Part shown: piece after piece, positions 57,111 to 64,000 of the stretch
How positions within the stretch are numbered: the stretch's first letter is position 1
Layout of the letters: each line of letters opens with the position of its first letter
Source of the DNA: Parcubacteria group bacterium
GTDB lineage: Bacteria > Patescibacteriota > Patescibacteriia > UBA1558 > GWA2-36-10
Reading direction: 5' to 3'
DNA: 64,000 nt
Assembly: GCA_003104935.1 (NCBI GenBank)
Contig: PQAE01000007.1
Location: 47,221 to 111,220, forward strand
Notes under the pieces: generated by a model
Databases searched by the model: none
The model's input: the letters and a program-made list of their open reading frames with translations, nothing else
What the model was told of the DNA's origin: nothing
Position numbers and translations under genes: made by a program

Positions 57111-58364
57111 TTAGTTCGGGGACTTTTCTAGTTTTAATTTTACTTCTTTTTCCTGACCTTTACTCAGAACTCTTAGAGTCACTGAATCGCCGATTTTCTT
57201 TTGACGAATTATATAAGCCAGAGTCTGACTGCCGTCACTTGTTAGCTTTTGACCATCAATACTTAAAATAATATCGTTCTCTACCAAACCGGCCTTATCC
57301 GCCGGCGAACCTGGAATAACCGCTAATTCGCCGGGGTTAATTCCACGCGCAATCAGTACTCCGTAGTCAACGCTTAAATTATTTTTATCTTTCAAGGCTT
57401 GATCGATCTGCACATAACGAATACCCAAATATGGTCGGAAAATCGAGCCGTATTGTTTGACCGAATCGACCACACCTTTGACAATACTGATCGGCAGGGC
57501 AAAACCGACATTTTCTGAACCCTGAGCCACAGCCACATTAACGCCGATTACTTTTCCCTGTAAGTCTAACAATGGCCCGCCGGAATTACCAGGGTTGATG
57601 GCGGCGTCAGTTTGAATTACTTGGTCCAAATTTTCAGAACTACCTCCGTCGCCGGCCACAATAGAGCGGGACAAGCCTGATACTACTCCCACGGAAATTG
57701 AATTTCTAAATTGCCCCAGAGCATTACCGATGGCGATCACACTCTGACCGAGCTTAAGTTGGTCCGAATTTCCTAACTCCAGATACGGTGTATCTTTTTT
57801 GTCTATTTTTACAATAGCAACATCCAGAAAAGGATCGCGCGCTAAGACGGTCGCTGTATATTTTTTATTGTCGCTAGTGATGACAGTATATTCGGCCTGC
57901 GTATCAGACACTACATGTTTATTGGTTACCACCAGACCATCGGAAGAAACAAAAAATCCTGAGCCGCTACCGATCTCCTGTTTTTGCGTGCCATTTTGCC
58001 GATACTGTGGAATCTGCATACCAAAAAAATCTCCGAACGGACTACTATTATCAAAATATTGCTCGATCACCGGTACATCTTTACTGGCCACGATAGACAC
58101 AACGGCTGGATTGACCTTAGCCACCACACCCTCCACACTAAGGTCTCCGCCCATAATCTTATTACCCAAAACTTTATTTAGGTCGACTGATTTAGAGGAA
58201 TTATTTTTGCCCGCGGCAGAAGAGTCGGTTATATATTGATTGGCAAAATTGCCAAAGATACTGGTACGATGATCATAGACATACCAGCTCGCCGCCCCAA
58301 AAACCAGGGTGCTAACTAGGATATTTAGACCCACCAGCATTAGAATATTTTTTACGTTTTTCAT
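57111..58364 (-). CDS. htrA: HtrA/DegP-like serine protease with PDZ domain
   Basis: TNKHV, DVAI, QTDAAINPGNSGGPL. Confidence 0.92.
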   Translation of the reverse strand: MKNVKNILMLVGLNILVSTLVFGAASWYVYDHRTSIFGNFANQYITDSSAAGKNNSSKSVDLNKVLGNKIMGGDLSVEGVVAKVNPAVVSIVASKDVPVIEQYFDNSSPFGDFFGMQIPQYRQNGTQKQEIGSGSGFFVSSDGLVVTNKHVVSDTQAEYTVITSDNKKYTATVLARDPFLDVAIVKIDKKDTPYLELGNSDQLKLGQSVIAIGNALGQFRNSISVGVVSGLSRSIVAGDGGSSENLDQVIQTDAAINPGNSGGPLLDLQGKVIGVNVAVAQGSENVGFALPISIVKGVVDSVKQYGSIFRPYLGIRYVQIDQALKDKNNLSVDYGVLIARGINPGELAVIPGSPADKAGLVENDIILSIDGQKLTSDGSQTLAYIIRQKKIGDSVTLRVLSKGQEKEVKLKLEKSPN

Positions 58365-58522
58365 ATTTAAAATATGCTATGTTTTCTATAATATATATTT
58401 TTTCCAAAAAAATCAAGACTGGCTGTTTATTATTTTATTACGAACAAAAGCCAATATTTATTTCAAAATAAAAAGGGACTAAATACCCCCTAAAATATTA
58501 TTATTTTTTAAAAAAGACTTGG

Positions 58523-60475
58523 TTAAAAAAACTGAAGATAAGCCAAAAGGCGATTGGTCCCGGGCCAGCGTAGCCCTGATAATAGACCGGTCATAAAACG
58601 AGAAATATTATTATACTCTCCGGCCAAAATATCATATTTACTTAGTGAGGCCAGTCCTAGATTCGACCAAGATTTTGCCAGGACAAACAAATGATTAAAG
58701 GCCAAACTAAGTTGACGGGTATTGCCAGCAATTTTGGAATTGAAATCGAATTTTACTAATCTATTTTGATCACCCTGCTCATTCCTACTGACGCCGCCCT
58801 GATATTGGATATAAACAATTTCCTTATAGGACGGCCTATTATCGGTATTGGCGTCGGCCGTGACGGTGGCGCTACCGGTCGTACCGCCGCCAGTAACTGA
58901 CAGTGTATGGGTATGAGACTGGCTGGCGATGGTAGTACCGTCAGCATCTCCTCCTAATTCATATTTAGCTGAGGTGCCGGCACTGACTGTAAAACTATGA
59001 CTATGGGAATTAATAGTATGAGTATGACCGGTTCCCGCCGAGTGGGTATGAGTAGCGGCTCCACCAGTGCCATTGATTTCACTATCGGCATTAGCTCCCT
59101 TGATAAATTTATCATTTAAATTAGGACAACCATTATTACCGTCACAAAGTACCCAACCACTGGGAATACTAGCGGTAGTGCCTGACCACATGGCAATAAT
59201 GTTGTTTGGATAATTAGCGCTACCGGTGTCATTTTGAATAATATTTAATTTGTAAAATGGAGGCTGACCATCGCCATTAGCTAATACGCCCACTCCGGAA
59301 ACCTCGGTAGCGGTTTGATTACCGCTTGATATGGTGTGTGTATGACTAGTGCGAGCTCCTCCAGCTACAGTAGAAGAAATTAAACTTCCGCCAACACTGG
59401 CTGATCCAGTGGTTCCAGTATGGGTATGAGCACTTTCGGTATGGGTATGACCGTTGTCCGTATGAGAATGATCATTTGCTGACCCGCCGGTTCCGCCACC
59501 GTTTCCGCTAGCCGCCGCTCCCTTAAGAAATCTATTGCCACTCTGACGTGACCAGCTAGCGGGTAGAGTATCAGAATCAAATAGAGCCCAAGCGCCGTTT
59601 GGTACACCGGCGGCCGTGCCATTTGATTGTATCCAGATTACTTCCGTATAAGGCGGATCATTGGATATGGCGCCTAAGTCGGCAGACGCCGCCACATTAC
59701 TACCCGAGGCATTAGCGGTAGTGATGGTTTGAGTATGAGCATTGGCCGCTCCCCCTATTCCCTCGGCAGTGTCATAAGTACCAGAGGCTGCTCCGGTGGT
59801 GCCGGTATGAGTATGGGCAATAGTGTGAGTATGCGTCGCAGAAGTATGGGTGTGAGTAGTATTACCGCCGGCTACAGCCGAAGGATTAGCCGTGGTACCC
59901 TCCAAATAATAAGCATCTAGATCCGTGACTCTGGTCCAGCCCGAGGGTATATTGATATTGGTAGAAGGCCAGGCGACGATGACTCCCGAGGGCACAGTCG
60001 CCGCCGGCGTACTGGCCACCGGAATAGTCGGCACTACATAACTATAACAATTATTAACTGCGTAGCTATTGCCCTGTTTTACAATATAATATCCCGTATC
60101 ATTACTATCACTACTTAGAGTGGGGTCCTTTATCGCCGCCGGCAAATAAGTCGCTAAATCACCTAAAATATCCGCCTTGGCGATCGGTTCAGTACTAGTG
60201 CAAGCACTGGTGCCGGAGGTACTGCCGCCTCTTTTCACGATCATATAGGGCGTATCCGCCGCCAGACTGCTTAAGCTCGCCGGAAAACCGTAGTTATCAA
60301 TGGCATACTGTTGGATAGCTCTTTGGATAGCCAGCACATCGGTGGTACGCACCGAATTCCAAGCCTCACCCATCCGTCTGGCCGGATTCATCGCCCGAAT
60401 CATAATAGTAGCGGTGATAGCTAACACGGCCACGACCAATATTATTTCCAAAAGCGTAAACCCTTTTTTAAGCAT
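58523..60475 (-). CDS. Type IV pilin fused to phage tail-collar/fibre-like His-rich repeats
   Basis: KKGFTLLEI; three P(S/N)(G/N)..A.W...P(S/A)GW units, WVLCDG..PNL.DKFIKGA, many HxH motifs. Confidence 0.75.
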   Translation of the reverse strand: MLKKGFTLLEIILVVAVLAITATIMIRAMNPARRMGEAWNSVRTTDVLAIQRAIQQYAIDNYGFPASLSSLAADTPYMIVKRGGSTSGTSACTSTEPIAKADILGDLATYLPAAIKDPTLSSDSNDTGYYIVKQGNSYAVNNCYSYVVPTIPVASTPAATVPSGVIVAWPSTNINIPSGWTRVTDLDAYYLEGTTANPSAVAGGNTTHTHTSATHTHTIAHTHTGTTGAASGTYDTAEGIGGAANAHTQTITTANASGSNVAASADLGAISNDPPYTEVIWIQSNGTAAGVPNGAWALFDSDTLPASWSRQSGNRFLKGAAASGNGGGTGGSANDHSHTDNGHTHTESAHTHTGTTGSASVGGSLISSTVAGGARTSHTHTISSGNQTATEVSGVGVLANGDGQPPFYKLNIIQNDTGSANYPNNIIAMWSGTTASIPSGWVLCDGNNGCPNLNDKFIKGANADSEINGTGGAATHTHSAGTGHTHTINSHSHSFTVSAGTSAKYELGGDADGTTIASQSHTHTLSVTGGGTTGSATVTADANTDNRPSYKEIVYIQYQGGVSRNEQGDQNRLVKFDFNSKIAGNTRQLSLAFNHLFVLAKSWSNLGLASLSKYDILAGEYNNISRFMTGLLSGLRWPGTNRLLAYLQFF

Positions 60476-60621
60476 GAATACAAAGCCTTTTAATTCTTTC
60501 TCTAAGGGGTCTCAACCCTGCTTCATTATAACATTTTTTAAAATAAACAAAAAATCATCCCAAAAAATCTCAGAGAGATGATTTTTTGTTTCCTTTTTAT
60601 AGAAACAAATAATGAGCTAGA

Positions 60622-60711
60622 TTAACCCCAGATCTTAACAGCAGTAATGAACAATATAGCAACGAAGACTACCACCACTAAAAGCTCATAGACGTTTACT
60701 TTGGCTTTCAT
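60622..60711 (-). CDS. 29-aa hydrophobic micro-protein
   Basis: MKAKVNVYELLVVVVFVAILFITAVKIWG; AGGGG SD; upstream TGCTATAAT. Confidence 0.45.
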   Translation of the reverse strand: MKAKVNVYELLVVVVFVAILFITAVKIWG

Positions 60712-60804
60712 TTTTCCCCTCTTAATGATTATAAATATATTATAGCACAATTTTTAACAAAACAGAATAGTTCCGGACACCAGAAAACTTCCGGCGGCGA
60801 TATT

Positions 60805-61962
60805 CTATCCGAAAGACAACCACTGATGTTTAAAGATTAGAAGCAAACCGATGAGAATCATCAACGCGCCGCCGATCAGACTGGAATATTTGGCATATTT
60901 ATTACTCAGACCTGTAGCTCGCAGGGTAATCATGGCGCCGGCAAAAACCAAAAGATCGTCCATCATGAAAAATAATATATAAAGTAATATGTATGAATAA
61001 TATTCCCAGCCGCTCAGATGATTTATGGCTAAAACCTGGACGTACACCGCGGGAAAACCGGCGGAACAGACCAGTTCCAGCAAATTAACGGCACACGCTA
61101 GGACGATAATGCCTAAGATTGCCAAAACGTATTTTTCCCTAAGCGCCGCTTTTTTCAAACCTTCAAAAATGCGGCGGCGGGATGGCGCTTGGGTAATTTT
61201 ACAAGTACCGCGGCTCTGGTACCAAGATTTGATGTTCCAGGAACCGCCGCCTATGGCCACCAGACCGATGATGATTCGGACCCAGAATATAAACCCCAAA
61301 AATAAAATTATATTTAGCCAGGCGGCCATAAATAAAAAATAGACTACTGCTGAGGTGACCAAAAAAACTACGCCTAAAATCCACATACGCCGCCTATCTT
61401 TCAATCCGATCAACAGAGAGATTAAGAATATCAGGGCCCACATGGCGCAGGGATTAAAACCGTCTAAAATTCCCAGAACAATGGTCAGCGCCGGCAAAGA
61501 TAAATTATTTAATTCGATGTTTCCTATCCTCGGCAAACTTGATAAGGCCTTATTGGGGTCAGGTATCTGCTCGGAAGAGAGCGAATCATTGCTTTTCCTG
61601 AGGGCGTTTTGGATTAAATTTTCAATCTGTATTCCTGTAGTTTCCGCACTTAAAAACCCGGCAATATATTGGTCCCCGATCACTAAAAATGGCACCCCTG
61701 ACACATTGGCCTGCAATCGCTGGCCAAAATCCATCAGTAATTTTATGTTATCCTGGCTTTGGCTGACCTCAAAACGCTGGATATTGATCGCCGCGCCATA
61801 TTTTTTTTCCAGCTGGTCCAGAAAATAACCCTCCTTTATGCAGTGAGGACAAGTCTGGCTGTGAAAAAAATAAACTTCTAGAGGCACTCCAGCTGAAGCT
61901 GTAATCGGCGTCAGGCAGAATAAAAAAACTAAAGCGATTATTATTTTTTTTAGGCCAAACAT
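60805..61962 (-). CDS. Glutaredoxin/thioredoxin domain plus DsbD-like membrane domain protein
   Basis: CPHC, GVPF, DGFNPCAMW, ELVCSAGFP. Confidence 0.85.
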   Translation of the reverse strand: MFGLKKIIIALVFLFCLTPITASAGVPLEVYFFHSQTCPHCIKEGYFLDQLEKKYGAAINIQRFEVSQSQDNIKLLMDFGQRLQANVSGVPFLVIGDQYIAGFLSAETTGIQIENLIQNALRKSNDSLSSEQIPDPNKALSSLPRIGNIELNNLSLPALTIVLGILDGFNPCAMWALIFLISLLIGLKDRRRMWILGVVFLVTSAVVYFLFMAAWLNIILFLGFIFWVRIIIGLVAIGGGSWNIKSWYQSRGTCKITQAPSRRRIFEGLKKAALREKYVLAILGIIVLACAVNLLELVCSAGFPAVYVQVLAINHLSGWEYYSYILLYILFFMMDDLLVFAGAMITLRATGLSNKYAKYSSLIGGALMILIGLLLIFKHQWLSFG

Positions 61963-61973
61963 AAAAATTATTT

Positions 61974-62297
61974 TTATATTACTTGCAAGGATACGAATAA
62001 CCAAAACAAGAAAACCATTAGCAATAGGTACGCAAAGGTATAAGCCAAAACCCTGAGCCCCTCCTTGACCTTATGATTTATAAAAAGAAAGGTGGCATAG
62101 CCGAAAACTAGTGAACTGGTAATACCGGCCGAAAATACCAGGAGCATAAGCATCAGAGCTCCTCCCATCGCTCCGGTGGCTTCAACAAAATGCTGACTGC
62201 TATACTGCATAAACGAGGCCACCAAGGCGCAGTATATGGCCACGCCCAGGGCCTGCCAAAAACCGATAGCCGCCAGAGATAAATTTTTTAGTTTCAT
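61974..62297 (-). CDS. Hypothetical membrane protein
   Basis: 3 TM helices from MKLKNLS. Confidence 0.65.
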   Translation of the reverse strand: MKLKNLSLAAIGFWQALGVAIYCALVASFMQYSSQHFVEATGAMGGALMLMLLVFSAGITSSLVFGYATFLFINHKVKEGLRVLAYTFAYLLLMVFLFWLFVSLQVI

Positions 62298-62468
62298 ATA
62301 TTTATATTTTAATTTATTTTTGCGCCGCCGACTTGACCGCGAATCTAGGTGTGCTAACATTCCCTATTGCCAGTCGCCCGACCTTGGTCTGCGTACTAGC
62401 ATCCAGCGGGGTCAACGGAATCACATCTGAAGGCTTCCCGAAGGGGTGGTTCGCCACCCCTTTTAATT

Positions 62469-63116
62469 TTATTCTCTGCTGAAGACTATTGGTATTTCCA
62501 AAGCGTCATCATTGGCCGGCAGACCAGAAGGATTATCCTTCTTTAAAATCAAAGACCCGTTATTATAAACTGTCGGTTTTTCAAAAGTAATACTGACATA
62601 AAAAGGCACAAAATCCTCGGTCATCCACTCGCCGTCAGCTTTGGCTACACCTTGACCAATGATCTTACCGTCCCAGTCGGTGATCATGATCGGAAAAGAA
62701 CCCTCAAAAAACCACGTGCCCCTGGCCTGTCCGGAAATTAACATCGGACTACTAATTTTCTGATAAGGAATGATGGAATTTAATTTGACCAAATCGGCTT
62801 TGGCCTTAGCATTGCCGCTCTCTCCGGTAAATAGCTCCCCTTTGGCGCTAATGCAGGTGCTGGGGTCAGCTCCGACTACCGGATTACCCAAGCGAACACA
62901 ATCCATAAAGGAAGTAGGATCGGACAGAACCAAGCTGGAACCGGTTGATGTTTCTTGCTTTGACCGCTCGATGATACGCAACGCCTGCCCGGTGATTTCA
63001 TTTAGGCGGTAAAAATTTTTAATTTCCTGACCAACATAAACTCCGGCAATAAAAATAATTGCTACAAAAATTATAGCCGTTAAGACAGAGATATTGGTAC
63101 TTCCTCGCTGAGACAT
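62469..63116 (-). CDS. Gmad2 immunoglobulin-like domain protein
   Basis: ISSPMLISGQARGTWFFEGSFP, LKKDNPSGLP. Confidence 0.8.
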   Translation of the reverse strand: MSQRGSTNISVLTAIIFVAIIFIAGVYVGQEIKNFYRLNEITGQALRIIERSKQETSTGSSLVLSDPTSFMDCVRLGNPVVGADPSTCISAKGELFTGESGNAKAKADLVKLNSIIPYQKISSPMLISGQARGTWFFEGSFPIMITDWDGKIIGQGVAKADGEWMTEDFVPFYVSITFEKPTVYNNGSLILKKDNPSGLPANDDALEIPIVFSRE

Positions 63117-63276
63117 ATTTTTGTTTTACTTGCTTAAATATATACAAAAGTAAAAACAATTTTCCAACTGCTTTTCTATTATAGCAAATTGGCAAAAAAT
63201 ATGATAGAAACAACCAGACGTACTAAATCACCTCGCAAAAAAACGAATTCATTATGAGCTCGCTCTTTAGAAAATT

Positions 63277-63699
63277 CTATTTTTTCAGCAAATCCCTGAT
63301 TTCTTCCAAAAGTTGTACCTCCGGACTAGGCTGAGCTATTGCCGCCGTTTCTTCGGACTTCTTTTTTAGCTTATTAAAAAATCTCACGAGTAAAAACACG
63401 GCAAAAGCCACAATTATAAAACTAATAATCACACTGATAAAACTGCCGTAGTTTATGGTCACAGCTCCAGCCGCCCGGGCGTCAGCCAGAGTATGATAGG
63501 GCCCGGCCGACGATCCCGCTTTTAACAGAATGTACAAATTTGTAAAATCCACGCTACCCAAGAGCAAACCGATGGGTGGCATGATCAGGTCATCAACCAG
63601 CGATTTGACGATGGTAGAAAAAGAAGCTCCGATGATGATGCCGATGGCCATGTCCAGGACATTGCCTTTAAGGGCAAACTTTTTAAAATCGTCTAGCAT
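63277..63699 (-). CDS. mscL: Large-conductance mechanosensitive channel
   Basis: FKKFALKGNVLDMAIGIIIG, LLEEIRDLL. Confidence 0.95.
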   Translation of the reverse strand: MLDDFKKFALKGNVLDMAIGIIIGASFSTIVKSLVDDLIMPPIGLLLGSVDFTNLYILLKAGSSAGPYHTLADARAAGAVTINYGSFISVIISFIIVAFAVFLLVRFFNKLKKKSEETAAIAQPSPEVQLLEEIRDLLKK

Positions 63700-63709
63700 A
63701 TTTTTAATA

Positions 63710-63913
63710 TTAAAATCCCGTACCCACCGCCGAGGTAAGCACGCTCATATATTGCGGTAAAATAATAACCAGCCCGATTATCGGTAGGATAATCACTATA
63801 ATAGTGATAATCAAAGTCCAGAGAAAATACTGGCGCATTTTTTCCGAGGATTTATAAACCTGATCAATCTTGACCTCCAACACCGCTAATTTATCGGCTA
63901 TATCCTGTTCCAT
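63710..63913 (-). CDS. Small hypothetical membrane protein
   Basis: 67 aa; coiled segment plus TM. Confidence 0.65.
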   Translation of the reverse strand: MEQDIADKLAVLEVKIDQVYKSSEKMRQYFLWTLIITIIVIILPIIGLVIILPQYMSVLTSAVGTGF

Positions 63914-64000
63914 AAATATTTTTTAATAATTTTAGATTTATTTCAGTCATCTTCTCCGTCGTCACCCCGCGGTATAACGCTATTGGTGTTTTGGGTATTT

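Noticed and set aside
58523-60475. Prophage suggested by tail-fibre-like sequence
   Set aside because: The domain is fused to a pilin and no other phage genes are nearby.

Overview
AT-rich bacterial chromosome segment using genetic code 11. Gene content suggests Patescibacteria/CPR (inference). The housekeeping backbone includes leuS (partial), infB-rbfA-nrnA, clpP, rny-ymdB-hup, comM, lspA-dksA, pnp-rpsO, a type IV pilus cluster, htrA, mscL, a CsoR/CopA copper locus, tRNA-Ser(CGA) and an unusual tRNA-Ile(UAU). Three accessory systems stand out. (1) At 3162-10580 is an integron-like locus whose tyrosine recombinase lacks the IntI-specific insertion. All five of its attC-like sites are branched: each carries a whole gene (once a toxin-antitoxin pair) in an inverted-repeat side arm at a fixed position of the attC hairpin, so ordinary cassettes alternate with genes nested inside the recombination site. 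This is the best candidate for an undescribed system. (2, 3) Two complete, independent diversity-generating retroelements (29024-31523 and 45002-47503) show strictly adenine-specific TR/VR differences and an inverted avd. Each has a C10 homopolymer at the RT/avd junction that currently leaves avd (and, in DGR1, also RT) out of frame with the nearest upstream ATG, suggesting phase-variable control. Also present: several candidate structured ncRNAs, REP-like repeats, and a pilin fused to phage tail-fibre-like repeats. All calls come from reading the sequence; no searches were run.
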